Position numbers and translations under genes: made by a program | Notes under the pieces: model-generated | Seen by the model: the letters and a program-made list of their open reading frames with translations, nothing else | Told to the model about the DNA's origin: nothing | Database searches by the model: none | Part shown: piece after piece, positions 39,451 through 52,485 of the stretch | Position numbering within the stretch: position 1 is the stretch's first letter | Layout: each line of letters starts with the position of its first letter | Assembly: GCA_964016885.1 (NCBI GenBank) | Contig: OZ024747.1 | Span: 21,080,001 to 21,144,000 of the forward strand | Source: Eledone cirrhosa | Taxonomy: Eukaryota | Direction of reading: 5' to 3' | DNA: 64,000 nt

Positions 39451-39596
39451 ATTTTGTCTGGTAGCTAATCTTTTCATAACCAGAGGGTTATTTATATTTA
39501 ATTAGCAAAATCTTTTGTCATTCGTTCTGTAACCTTCTTAATGTCTATCTTAGCCCACAACTCTCCTCTTCCTTTTGCTTTGTTTCAGTTACTCCA

Positions 39597-40172
39597 TGAA
39601 TGAATTAGCTTGCTTGTTAAACTAACGCCTAAGTAGCTAAACATACCATAGACACATGCACCCTTAACTCAGATCTCATGGAGATTTTAATGTGACACAA
39701 TGTATGACAAAGCTGGCTCTCTGAATTACAAGTACAATTCTTTTAACAGCTTCAAGGATTGGAGCAACTTAAAATATACTGTCTTGCTTAACCCTGTAGC
39801 ATTTAAACCAGCCATATCTGGCCAGAATTCTCTTGCCTCTTTCTGTTCAAACCTGCTGTAACTAACTCTTCATACTAATGTTAAGGTATTGTTCTCAAAA
39901 TAAATAGCATCAAAATCTGATAGATTTAATATTATGAGATAATATGTGAGATAATTATGTGAGGTAAAGCCTCTACCATGAAAATACAATAGTAAATGTA
40001 GAGTAATGTAAATGTTATGTGAGATATTATGTGAGATAGAGCCTCTACCATGAAAATACAATAGTAAATATAGAGTAATGTAAATGCTAAAGGGTTAAAT
40101 ACACAAGGCACGAGTAGGAACCAAACTCACTACCTTACAATCGAGAGCCGAACACCTTAGTTACTAAGTCCC
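39597..40172 (-). mobile_element. SINE family B split by a MITE insertion
   Basis: Body at 39597-39787 and tRNA-like head at 40099-40172, on either side of the MITE. Confidence 0.65.
39788..40098. mobile_element. piggyBac-type MITE, family 1
   Basis: TTAA TSD with TIRs ccctgtagcattta / taaatgctaaaggg and an internal ~70-bp duplication. Confidence 0.85.
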
Positions 40173-40604
40173 ACACTAACCTACTATCAGTCTAACCAGC
40201 TGGTAGTGATAACATACATGCAGACTATTAGGCCTAAAAAATAAACAACATTATATTTTTCATACTTGTACAATAAAGCTGGAAACCTATAAGACATAAG
40301 TAGGATCTTTTTATCTTGTCAATAGCTGTAATTTCTTAGAGGACAGCAAAAACGAGTTAATTGAAAAGGAAAGATTTGGACTGATGCCAAAACTTGGTGA
40401 TTTGTATTTGAAGACTCCATTCTGCTAGACATTATGAACAAATTTTAATAATGTTCTAAAACTGTTTGTCTCTTTTTACTGTTCATTTTTATATCATTTA
40501 GTTATATTCATCTTTATCTTTGGAGCTATTTTTCAATGTTGTTGTCATTATTGTTGTTGTTGACGTTCTTTATATTATTTTTAACTGTATTTTGTCTTTG
40601 TGGT

Positions 40605-40800
40605 GGTGATGGTGTTGATGCTACTGGTGGTGGAATGGGTTGTTGTTGTTGTTGGCGGTGGTGTTGATGCTACTGGTAGTGGAATGGGTTGTTGTTGTTG
40701 GTGGTGGTGTTTATGCTACTGGTGTTGGTGGAATGGGTTGTTGTTGGTGGTGGTGTTTATGCTACTGGTGTTGGTGGAATGGGTTGTTGTTGTTGTTGTT
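40605..40800. repeat. ~45-50-bp GT-rich tandem repeat x4
   Basis: ggtggtgtt(g/t)atgctactggt..tggaatgggttgttgttg repeated. Confidence 0.85.
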
Positions 40801-41484
40801 AGTGTTGGTGGTGGTGCTCTTTCAACATTTATTTTTTTCAATTCTTATTCTTTATCTTTTCTTAAATGTTTTCTTCATCTATTTCTCCAGTTTTATCTAT
40901 GTTTTTATCTATTATTTCTTGTTTTTATTCTAAAGCATTTTCGAGGGATTTTTTTTTTACTACTTAAGCATCTTCTTTTTAATATAGTCTTCCCTTTTCT
41001 TCTCATCCTTCTGTCATATCCTATTATTATTTTTTCATTTTTTCAACTTTCTTTCAAAATTTACACATTTAAAAAAAATTTAGTCTTCTCTTTCTCGGAA
41101 AAATTTAACTTACACAATTCTTACTCTACTATCTTCTTCAATATCTTTACATAATTCATCTTCATTTTCTTCTTCATCTTTTCTTACTATTTTTCTTTGT
41201 TGTTCATAAACTACAGCCTTTACCATTATTTCTAGCAGAAGAAATCAAAATGGTAGATTTCAAAAAGCAACATATACTTCCACAGTGTTATTACCATTAG
41301 AATAAGGAATAAGTCTACATGTTTATGTCAATACATTCTTTTAATGTTATGTACTTTTATTTTAACTACATTGAAAATATATTTCACTTAGCATTTGCTA
41401 ATCTTCCTATCTACCTGCTTCCTTGCATAATTATCTATATATCTACCTATGTAGCTATCTAATCTATCTATCTAATCTCACTCA

Positions 41485-41558
<74 letters not shown>

Positions 41559-41799
41559 CTGTCTACCTGCTTATCTACCTACTTACTTACTTTCCAACCT
41601 CTCTTCAGATATATCTGCCTACCTACCTACATACCTACCTATCTATCTATTCATCCATGCATATTTTTGTAAGTGAGCATGTATGTGTGCATATGTTTAT
41701 ATATATATATATAAATATGTATATGCATATATGAATGTATATATATATACATGAATATGTATATACATATATACATATGCATATATATGAATGTGTGTG

Positions 41800-41843
<44 letters not shown>

Positions 41844-41904
41844 CACACACATTCATATATATATATGCATATATATATGCATATTATATACACATATATG
41901 TATG

Positions 41905-41936
<32 letters not shown>

Positions 41937-42057
41937 TATACATGTATATGCATATATATGAATGTATATATATATATATATATAATATATATATATATAT
42001 GAATATATATATTGAATATATATATATGAATATATATATATAATATATATATATATA

Positions 42058-42107
<50 letters not shown>

Positions 42108-42164
42108 GTTGATTTAAAACTTCACTGCTCACAAGTGTTTTTTAAGCTTCCTATCATGTCTTCC

Positions 42165-42235
42165 TATTTTATCTGATGAGAACGGAGTTATCATCCTATG
42201 ATGATATTTGTTTTTGAAATGCGCATAATAAAATA
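42165..42235 (+). ncRNA. Minimal hammerhead ribozyme
   Basis: tattttat CTGATGA [gaac..tatcatc ctat gatgata..gttttt] GAAA tgcgca TA ataaaata. Perfect 8-bp stem I and palindromic atgcgcat. Confidence 0.8.
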
Positions 42236-42357
42236 CTTGGAACTCTTTTAACCATCTTTTGATCTTATATTATTTACACTCCAGTCCCACAAACTGTAGA
42301 GTGCTACTTATCCGATATTTGCATTGCTTTATTGTGCTACAATAAAACTCACCTCCT

Positions 42358-42392
<35 letters not shown>

Positions 42393-42504
42393 CAGGAGAA
42401 TGTTTAACCCCAATAGCAGAGCTCAAGCCGTTTCGACGGTTATTTCTGGACTGACTACTCTGGTGCATCATGATCCATCTGGTTCCTTAACACACTTCCT
42501 TCGT

Positions 42505-42594
<90 letters not shown>

Positions 42595-42643
42595 TGACGT
42601 AAAATAAGAAAATTATAAAAATTAACTTACTTACTAAAATTTC

Positions 42644-42726
42644 ACTCCAACTAATTAGTTTCTGAAATGGAATAAACATGGTTTCCAAATGGAAAGCATG
42701 GAGAAGCCGTTTCGTCATCAGGAAGT
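42644..42726 (-). ncRNA. Hammerhead ribozyme (downstream copy of the tandem pair)
   Basis: acttc CTGATGA [cgaaacgg..catgctttcca tt tggaaaccatg..ccatttca] GAAA ctaattag TT ggagt. Confidence 0.75.
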
Positions 42727-43174
42727 CTGTTCTCAGTTAAGATACCTGGCGATGCGTGGACACAGGGAACTTATACAAAAATAATTCAGTGGATGGAAAA
42801 AAAGCTAGCGTGGACTAAATTCCAAGACATTGAAAACAATCACTGCCTACTTGGTCGGTGGCAAATTCAAAAGAATCAATCACGTGACATCGAGGTTGAT
42901 CAGTGAGGAGTGGGTGTTAAAAAGACAGTGGCCAAGCCGTTACTATGAACTATAGTAGCAGTTTTGGCAAATTTTTGCTCAACAAAATAATTTGGAGGTA
43001 ATTATAAAGAATTAGTATATCTACCAACATATATATACAGATGCATACCTATGCTAGCAAATATATAGGTTTTGTCTTAGTAACTTTGTGGTTCAATGCA
43101 AGGGGATGCAGAACAATTATATGAATGACGTAAAATAAGAAAATTATAAAAATTAACTTACTTACTAAAATTTC

Positions 43175-43257
43175 ACTCCAACTAATTAGTTTCTGAAAGG
43201 GAATAAACCTTGTTTCCAAATGGAAAGCATGGAGAAGCCGTTTCGTCATCAGGAAGT
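43175..43257 (-). ncRNA. Hammerhead ribozyme (upstream copy of the tandem pair)
   Basis: Same as 42644-42726. Core, stem I and palindromic stem III (actaattagt) are identical, and differences are confined to stem II. Confidence 0.75.
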
Positions 43258-43433
43258 CTGTTCTCAGCTAAGATACCTGGCGATGAGTGGACACAGGGAA
43301 CTTCTTATTTTACGTCATTCATATAATTGTTCTGCATCCCCTTGCATTGAACCACAAAGTTACTAAGACAAAACCTATATATTTGCTAGCATAGGTATGC
43401 ATCTGTATATATATGTTGGTAGATATACTAATT

Positions 43434-43506
<73 letters not shown>

Positions 43507-43511
43507 TTGTG

Positions 43512-43552
<41 letters not shown>

Positions 43553-43625
43553 GAATGTATATATACATATACATTTATATGATTATATATATATATATGT
43601 GGGTGTGTGTGTGTGTGTGTGTCTA

Positions 43626-43941
43626 TCTATATATATATAAAACTGAGGATATCTGTCTATGTGTGTGAGTTTGAATCCCTAAAACTCGAGAAGCACCCAA
43701 CCGACTGGTTTCAAACTTTACACATGTAATACTTATGTTTCAGGGAGTGGTCTGAACAAAAAGAAAATTCAAATGTTCAATGCCCTAGGGACCGCATTCT
43801 GCGATTTAGCGATCTCTCTCTATAATTCTTAGTCTTTCTCTTTTTAGATAGATACATACATATAACGTCGCGCCCTTATAATATCTGTCTGTATGTCTGA
43901 CTGTCTGCATTACGTCACTTCCCTCAGGATGTCTGCGTGTG

Positions 43942-43986
<45 letters not shown>

Positions 43987-44536
43987 CTGAGTTTGAATCC
44001 TTAAAACTCAAGAACTACCCAACCGATTTTTTTCAAACTTTACATGTGTATTACTTATGTTTCGGGGTCCTAGGGCCCGCATTAGGTGAAAAACTGCGTT
44101 TTAAAGCTTTTTAGGGGTTTAGTGAGGCGTTACGTCAGACCGATTTCCATGAAATTGTAACTATGTATTAGTCAGTCTCTTCTTCATACCGTGAGCAAAA
44201 AAAATCCATCTTTTTTATGGCCTAGGGCCCGCATTAGGTGTAAAACTTCATTTTTTCAGCTTTTTAGGGCTTTTTTGAGGCGTTAGATCTAGCCGATTTT
44301 CCCGAAATTTCAAGGCATATTATGCACATAAAAAAATTAAATTTCTTGATTCCTAGGTGAAAACCTGCATTTTTCCTGCTTCATCGAGGAAAATCTTAAA
44401 GATTATCCATCCATCAGAGTATTCGGTTTATTTTCTTTACATATTGTCCAGGCATGCAGTTTTTCCCCGATTAGTTCTATTGGCAGCCCACGTTCTAAAA
44501 TACCTTATCCCGTGCAACGCCGGGTACCACTGCTAG
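43626..44536 (+). mobile_element. Non-autonomous Helitron
   Basis: a|TCtatatatatataaaac 5' end. 3' hairpin cccgtgcaacgccggg then CTAG|t. Internal duplications at 43667/43989 and 44069/44221. Confidence 0.8.
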
Positions 44537-44879
44537 TATATACACAAATATGAAGCATTGGGTAAAGTGTAGAAAATAGTGTTTTGTTAAAGGCTACCGT
44601 AATTGGATGGTAAATCTTGAAAATATAATAATGATGATGATGATGATGATGATGTTGGGATGCTACCTTGCAGTTCTTTTTAGATCTTTATATTTTGGGC
44701 TAAAGTCCCTTCATCAAAAGCTAAATAGAAGAAACTAGTTCAGAGCTGTAAATATTGTGTTGCTCTTAAGCTGCTGTTTTTTTTTAAATTTGGACAGTTT
44801 GCTGTCAAAAGGTTTAAATATAACTGCACAATGTTTGCAATTGATCAGTCACAGTGTGTTACATTCTGAAGAAATAGCC

Positions 44880-45250
44880 TCAAAACTAGTGTTATGGCAG
44901 CCAGGACATGGGCGAGTAAACTGCAGGAAACAGTCCACCAACTTCTTTAGCATATTTCAAAAAGATATCAGATTCAAGATTCAATCGGACATGCAAACAC
45001 TGATAAGTGGATCAAGACATTTAGAATGAGTATGTTTTCTTGGTTCCCACTGGCTTACAGCATGTAGTCAAATTGTATGTTTTCTTGGTCATCTGCTTCA
45101 TTGATAACTTTTGATAGCAAACTGAATGTTATAAATGTGTATGAATAGTTTTTTCTGTGTTTGATATTGTTTTGGATGTCACTTATGTAAACTATGAGAA
45201 ATGGGCCCAACACAGTGACTTCAGGGACTACACTAGCAACTTTTTTCACA
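44880..45250 (-). mobile_element. Decayed CR1/L2-group LINE RT fragment
   Basis: VASVVPEVTVLGPFLIVYISDI resembles SGVPQGTVLGPLLF..YINDI. Confidence 0.6.
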
Positions 45251-45969
45251 TCCCCCTTCTCCCCATACACTAATCAGTCATCCCAACCCTTTACTCACTT
45301 CCCTGCAAAATAACCACACACACACCTATAACTTCACACCTATCTACCTCCCTTATTGCCCCTTTCGCTGATCAGAGAGGGTCAATGACCGCAACCCTCT
45401 TTAGCAATGGTCCCATGAAAATGTACCTGGTACTGTCCGTAAGGGTGGTTGGTGACAGGTAGGGCACCCCGCTGTAGAAACTATGCCTAAAAGAGTTGAG
45501 AGAACACGTCAGTTGTGTCAAAGTCACAACAACCTTTCTACTCTTGGTGATCTACATGATAAATACACACAGTACACACTGTAAAGTGGTTAGAGTTAGG
45601 AAGGGAATCCAACCATAGAAAGCTTGCAAAACAAACGATTAGGATGGTCCTTTAGTTTGTGTCAAAAGACACCACAATTTCTCCTCTATACTTGATAGAA
45701 TGTATAGCTGTACATAAGCAGGATACATACACCACAGTCAGTAGCCCTGCTTCAATACTGACTTGGTCTATGTAAACCCATCCAAACCTTGCTAGCAGGG
45801 AAAGTAGACGTTAAATGATGATGATGATGATAATATATATATATATATATAATATATATACTTTTATATTTGTCTGTATACATGCATATATTTATATACA
45901 TATGTATTCATATACCTACATTTATATATACATATATATATATACATACATTATGTATATATATATATA

Positions 45970-46021
<52 letters not shown>

Positions 46022-46134
46022 ATTTACACATGCATGCACACACATATATACTTATATATCTGTATATATATGTATACATATACATATGCATATATTTATA
46101 TACATATGTATACATTTTTATATATATATATATG

Positions 46135-46839
46135 TATGCAGTAGATGTACAGGGAAATTAGACAGTAGAAGTCGCATTGATAGACACATTTTTCAAATGC
46201 AGGAGGGCGCTATAGAAGTGGTGGATAGCTTCCGGTACCTAGGAGATCAGATTAGCATGGGAGGAGGGTGTTCCGAGGCCATAGTATCTAGAATAAGGAC
46301 GGGTTGGAAGAAGTTTAGGGAGCTGCTTCCTCTATTGACGAAGAAGGGTTTCTCCCTGCGTACAAAAGGCCAGTTGTATGATGCCTGTGTGAGGAGCGCG
46401 ATGCTGCATGGTAGTGAGACTTGGGCAGCAACTGCAGAGGATATGCGACGGCTGGAGAGAAATGAGGCAAGCATGCTCCGTTGGATGTGCAATGTCAATG
46501 TGCGTGAACGACCAAGTATAGATGAGTTGAGAGAGAAACTGTGTCTAAGAGGGATAGAATGTAGTGTGCGAGAGAGGAGACTGTGGTGGTATGGACATGT
46601 GATGCGCATAGAGGATGACCGATGGGTGAAGAAGTGTCAGGAAATGCCAGTTGAAGGAAGACGTGGTAGAGGTAGACCACAAAAGACCTGAGGTGGTGAG
46701 AACAGACTTCAAATCACTGAAGCTCACGGGGGAGATGACGAAGGACCGTGACAAGTGAAGAGATGCTGTGCTGAATAAGACCCATCCCACCCTTCCAAGC
46801 AGGGAAAAGCGGACGTAAAATGATGATGATGATGATGAT
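46135..46839 (+). mobile_element. RTE LINE 3' fragment (short-UTR subfamily)
   Basis: CSRCTG..VDSFRYLGD..GWKKFRELLP..MLHGSETW..GRGRPQKT with a (GAT)n tail. Confidence 0.9.
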
Positions 46840-46925
46840 ACACACATACATACATATATATATATATATGTTGATTTAAAACTTCACTATTCACAAGTGT
46901 TTTTAAGCTTCATATCATGTCTCCC

Positions 46926-46996
46926 TATTTTATCTGATGAGAACGCAGATATCATCCCATGATGATATTTGTTTTTGAAATGCACATAATAAAATA
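46926..46996 (+). ncRNA. Minimal hammerhead ribozyme (second copy of the 42165 family, within a repeat at 46868-47035)
   Basis: tattttat CTGATGA [gaacg cagatatcatc ccat gatgatatttg ttttt] GAAA tgcaca TA ataaaata. Confidence 0.75.
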
Positions 46997-47057
46997 CTTG
47001 GAACTCTTTTAACCATCTTTTGATCTTATATTATATATATATATATGTGTGTGTGTG

Positions 47058-48455
47058 TAGATGAATGGCTTGTGAAAGCTGTACAAGCCATGTATAGGGG
47101 AGCAGTCAACAAAGTTAGGATTACCAATGAGTATAGCGAGGAATTTAGTGTACAGGTTGGTGTCCACCAGGGCTCTGTTCTTAGCCCTCTCCTGTTCATG
47201 GGAACTCCTGTATGCTGATGACCTCGCACTTATAGCTGAATCTATGGTAGAACTAGAGAAGAAATTCCAAACTTGGAAGCAGGGACTAGAAAGAAAGGGT
47301 CTCAAAGTCAACATGACAAAGACTAAGGTCCTTGTAAGTAGACGAGAAAACAGAACCCAGATCCCCTCAGGGAAATGGCCTTGCTCAGTATGTAGGAAAG
47401 GTGTAGGTAGGACAAACAATGGGTACACAAGAGATGTAGCGGGATCTCAGGAAGCTTAATTAAGAATGTAGGCTTCACATGCAGCAGCTGTACTGGGACA
47501 GCAAGCAGCAAACAGCCACAGGAAACAAGTACCACCAATCTCTGGGAGGGCTCTGTAAAGACAGTAGACAGCTTCTGCTACCTAGGTGACCAAATTAGCA
47601 GCGGAGGTGGGTGTTCAGAAAGTACAATAACTAGGGTAAGAACGGGATGGAAGAAGTTCAGGGAACTACTGCCACTGCTAGCTGCAAAAGGCTTCTCCCT
47701 CAAAATGAAAGGCAGACTGTATGATGCGTGTATCTGAACAGCAATGTTACATGGTAGTGATACCTGGGCGCTGAAGGTGGAAGAGTTACGTAGATTAGAG
47801 AGAAACGAAGCCTGCATGCTCCGATGGATGTGTAATAGTAATATACGCGAACGACAAAGCATAAATGAATTGAGAGAGAGACTGAGCATAAGAGGAATCA
47901 AATGCTGTGTGCAGGAGAGGCGGTTGCGTTGGTATGGACATGTGATGCGTATGAAGGATGACAGCTGCATAAAAAAGTGCAGAGTACTAGAAGTCAATGG
48001 AAACCGCGGAGTGGGGAGACCCAAGATGACCTGGGATGAGGTGATAAAAGCCGACCTTACCCAATTACACCTCTCAAAGGCGATGACACACGACCGTGAC
48101 CTCTGGCGTCACACAGTAATACAGAGTACCCGACCTCCCATGGGTACAAGCTGAAGCATATAGACAATATGCCCCCACACCCTCCCACTGCAAGGTGGTC
48201 GTGGAGGTGTCACGGCAAAAAAGCACCCAGCCCACACTGTAAAGTGGACGTGTAGGCGCCATGAAAAAGCACCCAGCACTCACTGTAAATGAGGTTGGTG
48301 TTAGGAAGGGCATCCAGCTGTAGAAATCAAGCCAAATCAGTTCCTGTATGAGCAAGGCATGGTCAGCCGACCAGACACTGCCCACACAACAGGACAACCC
48401 GTCTAACCCATGCTAGCATGGAAGAACGGACGTAAAACGGTGATGATGATGATGA
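47058..48455 (+). mobile_element. RTE LINE fragment including RT core (GVHQGSVLSP, LYADDL), PHD-like insert and 3' UTR
   Basis: Frameshifted ORFs 47127-47459 and 47744-48154. Ends ccatgctagcatgg..(GAT)n. Confidence 0.9.
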
Positions 48456-48709
48456 TATATATATATATGTATGTATGTATTCATATTCATCTATTTTGCA
48501 ATGTCCATACCTCCATATAGACACATACACTATCATAATTACATATTTCATAAAACAAACAGCAGGAAAGTCTCTGCAGCAATTTAATTTCATATGGTTT
48601 GTTGTTTTGAATATTGTTTTTCTATACTTGTTATCAATGCTGTTGTTAGTACATAGTAATATATAACATACTAATATATTACAATTCTTTCTGTTGCTCT
48701 CAAATACAC

Positions 48710-48744
<35 letters not shown>

Positions 48745-48988
48745 TACATAAATACATACATACATACATACATATATATACATAAATACATACATATATA
48801 CATAAATACATACATACATTCATACATTCATACATACATACATTCATACCTACATACATAGATACACACACACATACACAAACACACTTAAACATATGGT
48901 GTATATTATGTATCACTAAAAGTGATAAAAAACAATAACGATCATTTGATAAGAGTGCAAACAACTGTAGAAGACACCATAAAACATA

Positions 48989-49255
48989 TTAACCCTTTTT
49001 ATACCATACTATCTGAAACTTCCTTCGATTTATGATACAAAACTGCTCATCTTAAAATGTTTATCTTCATAATAAAACTTTCCATTATACTTTTATTTTA
49101 GACATTTTTCTTGTGTAATTTCTAAATATCTGCTTTCTAATGAAAAACTTAGTTATTTAATTAAATCCTTCCAAATGTTTGGTTGTTTTCAAAATTTATT
49201 GAAATACATAGGCAGTTTTTTATTCATTAAATATAGGGTAATGAAATTGTTAGAG
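48989..49255 (+). mobile_element. Decayed piggyBac-type MITE, family 2
   Basis: ttaacccttttt.atacc start, homologous to 11189-11441. Confidence 0.55.
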
Positions 49256-49599
49256 AAAAATGGAAGTGGACAGTGTATGTGGCATGAACAAATGACAACA
49301 GATAGACAAAGCTATTTGCAGACTGGCGACCAAAACGGGGTGGGGAAAGGTTTACATAGTCTAAGAAGACAGATAAGGAGATGGAGAGATGTGATCGATA
49401 ATGGAAATAGACAGGATATGTGGTATAAACAAATGACAACAGATGGATAGAGCTATTTGCAGAATGATGGTCGTGGTGAAGATGATGATTGTGGTGGTGG
49501 TATAGTTGTTATACTCAGTCTATAATGTACATTTGTAAAAATGTATTGCATAGTGACAGGTGTGCCACTGGGGAGTTATCAGTTTTATTTCCAGACCTG

Positions 49600-50165
49600 A
49601 GGGTACATTGTATCTTTGAGAAAAACACCTTTTCTCCATCGTTTCTGTCAACTCTGTTGGCACCTTTCGAAGGGAGAAAATCCCCAATTTGGGTCGCCTT
49701 GTTCAGTGACTCATTCTCTGCTTCCAACCTTGTCGCATCGGCCATGTTTCCACTGCCCACAATGCAGAGGAGAGGAAGATACTCAGATACTGGGGCTTGA
49801 TTGACCACTTCCTTTTTGCACCAGTCTCCATCAAGACCTTTGGCATCCTTGGTCCCTGCACTGCTGATTTCCTCCAAAAAATCAAAAAGAAGGCAGCCCC
49901 CTAGGAGAGGGAGCCCCATGAAGTGGGATGGCAGTTGCAGCAGGTGTTTCTGGCCAGTCTCTATGGTAACACTGTTACCGTTTTGTCTGCAAGACACAGC
50001 TGAGGGGTGTAGAGACTGTCCATCCCCCTCTACATTTCTTTCCATTGCTTGATCCTTTTCTTTTCAATTTTTTCTTCCTTTTCTTTTCCCTTTAATAGTG
50101 TGTGTTTTTTTTTTAGATGCTGCTCAATATGTCATTGTACTTTACATTGATTAATAAAAAAAAAA
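49600..50165 (+). mobile_element. CRE-like non-LTR retrotransposon 3' remnant with poly(A)
   Basis: TLLAPFEGRKSPIW..SDSFSASNL and EERKILRY..LIDHFLFAPVSIKTFGILGP..QQVFLASLYGN. Ends aataaaaaaaaa. Confidence 0.65.
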
Positions 50166-50169
50166 TGCA

Positions 50170-50378
50170 TCATGGTTGTTTTCACCATGTCAAAAAAAAA
50201 AAAAGAAAATGAGTTGTACCAGTAATTCAAGGGGCCAGTCTTGTCACACATTGTGACACACTAAATCTGCTTGTGAACTTCATGTGCTCAGTCATTTTCA
50301 TATTCATTTGAAGAGCAGACAATTCTGTTGCTTGAATCAATTGGAGTACTCATCGTTAGAAACGATGGAGATCCAATA
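50170..50378 (+). mobile_element. SINE family B 3' half, decayed
   Basis: gtaattcaaggggccagtcttgtcacac...tcaattggagtactc. Confidence 0.6.
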
Positions 50379-51632
50379 ACAATATATAGCAGTATGTCTT
50401 GCCATTCCACTACTGCTAACTCTCTTGTGTAATGGAAGAATAAAAGCCATTTCTCTCAGATAATTTTATCTCACACATACACACATACAATAAACACTTA
50501 CAGACAGACCTCCTCACACACAGATTTTCTTGTACACATACACACAATAAATATAATCACAGTCACACACAAATCTCACTCATATATACACACTCACACA
50601 TAACAAACATATATACATACTCACACACTTACACACAATTACAATAACCATTGTACATATATACTCACACACTTACACACAATTACAATAACCATTGTAT
50701 ACACAATCTTACTTTTGTGTGTTTGAAATTGTATGTCTGGGAAGGTGTATGTATGTATGTGAGTGTGTTTGTGTGTGTCTGTGTATGTTTGTGTGTGTCT
50801 GTGTATGCTTGTATGTTTGTAGATGTATTAGTGTGCATGCTTGTGGTTGTATATATGTGTGTTCCTTTATTTTAATGGATTAAATATGTTGGTAAAGGTC
50901 AACTAAAAAAAAAATTAAACTACAGTGAATTTCTGTTTGAACAGGTAACAGATTGTTTCTTGCTTATGGTATGTGTGTGTGATGTGAGAGTGTATATATA
51001 ATGCTTATTGTGTGTGTAAGCATATATGTTTATTATATAATGTAAATCAGTGTATAAAATACAAGTTGACGTATGGATAAATGTATGGAAATCTTGTAAA
51101 TAAAAGTGGAAGATTCTCTTAATTGATAAAGAAAGAAACAAACTGACATACATACATAGAACATAAAGGAAAGTTGGGAGCAAAGGGATATACACATATT
51201 AAATGATAGAAGTGATAGCTAGATAAAAAGATGGATAGGTAAATAGATAGATAGTTAGACACTAGATAGATAGAGGGAGAAAGAGAGCGTTAGAGAGAGA
51301 AATATAAAGCAATTCATTTTTCTGCTAGTGACAAAGATAGAGAGATGGTGGGTTTAGGAAGAGGAGGTATCGATATTTCTTTTATTTTATTGCAATCTGA
51401 ATTGCATCTACCCCTGGGGTGAGAAAACATGAAGGAAACTTGAGAGATATGATACTGTTCAGATGAGATTACTGATGATAACAGCGTCACTGTAACCTAG
51501 AGTAACCTAACAGCTTTTGGTTGCATGTTTGAATGTCTTGTAAAGGATGTTGGTGCAAGGGGAGGTGTGATTAGGTTTTTGTTGTTATTGTCGTGTTTGT
51601 TTATTTGTTTTGTTGCCTTTTTTGTGTGTATG

Positions 51633-51926
51633 AAGGCTTAGCGGTTAGAGTGTTCAGCTCACAATCATAAGGTCGTGAGTTCAAATCCATGGTGCAATAT
51701 ACTTTATTTCAGGTTTCACAAGATGACGCATCTGTCAAAAAGGAGTTGCGCCTGTAATTCAAAAGGCCAGTCATGATATATTCTGTGTCGCACTGAATCT
51801 CCCTGAGGATTATGTTAAGGGTACACATGTGTGTGGAATGCTCAGCCACTTGCACATTAATTTCATGAACAGGCTGTTTCATTGATTCAACCAACTGGAA
51901 CACATGTCAAAACTGATAGAGGTTCA
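51633..51926 (+). mobile_element. SINE family B
   Basis: tRNA-like head ggcttagcggttagagtgttcagctcacaatcataaggtcgtgagttcaaatcc plus the family body. Confidence 0.8.
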
Positions 51927-52239
51927 ACACACACACACACACATTTCTTTTCTGTCTTGTGCATTAATACTTAACTTTTTTGTATTTCTCCATTCAATGG
52001 AGAAGTTAGTGCTGGGCTCATGCCTTGAAAGATTCTAGAAGTTCAAATGCTATGCTACTAAAGGCACAGGTTGTTGTTTTTATCATGTATATGAAGTACA
52101 TTTAAGAAAAAAAAAATGAGGTCAGAATATTGTTTCATCATCATCATCATCATCATCATCATTAGAATCATCTTCATTATTACCATCCTCATCTTTAAAA
52201 TTATAATTGATGCTGCTGCTGTTGTTATTGTTATTATTA

Positions 52240-52454
52240 TTGGCAGTAACGATAGAGCGTCGGACACCATGCTTCATAGCATAGAGTTACGGCCCTTTAC
52301 CTGCTGAGTTCAAATCCTGCCGAGGTTAGCTTTGCCTTACATCCTTACAGGGTAGATAAAATAAAGCACCAGTAACATACTGGGGTCGATTTAATCAATT
52401 TTCTCCTCCCCCCCCCCCCCCCCAAATTACTGGCCTTGTGCCTATATAAGAAAC

Positions 52455-52485
<31 letters not shown>
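52240..52485 (+). mobile_element. SINE family A (long-tail variant) whose (ATT)n tail hosts the Tx1 LINE
   Basis: Family A body followed by (ATT)10 at 52456-52485. Confidence 0.85.

Larger units (their letters stand above)
42587..43436 (-). mobile_element. Non-autonomous Penelope-like/retrozyme-like element: two 185-bp direct repeats (period 531) plus a 133-bp inverted copy
   Basis: 42588-42772 repeats at 43119-43303, and 43007-43139 is inverted at 43304-43436. Each direct repeat has a hammerhead. Long (TA)n tracts flank both ends and there is no ORF of note. Confidence 0.8.

Noticed and set aside
51633-51692. tRNA gene
   Set aside because: A and B boxes are present but there is no complete cloverleaf, and the sequence continues into the SINE B body.
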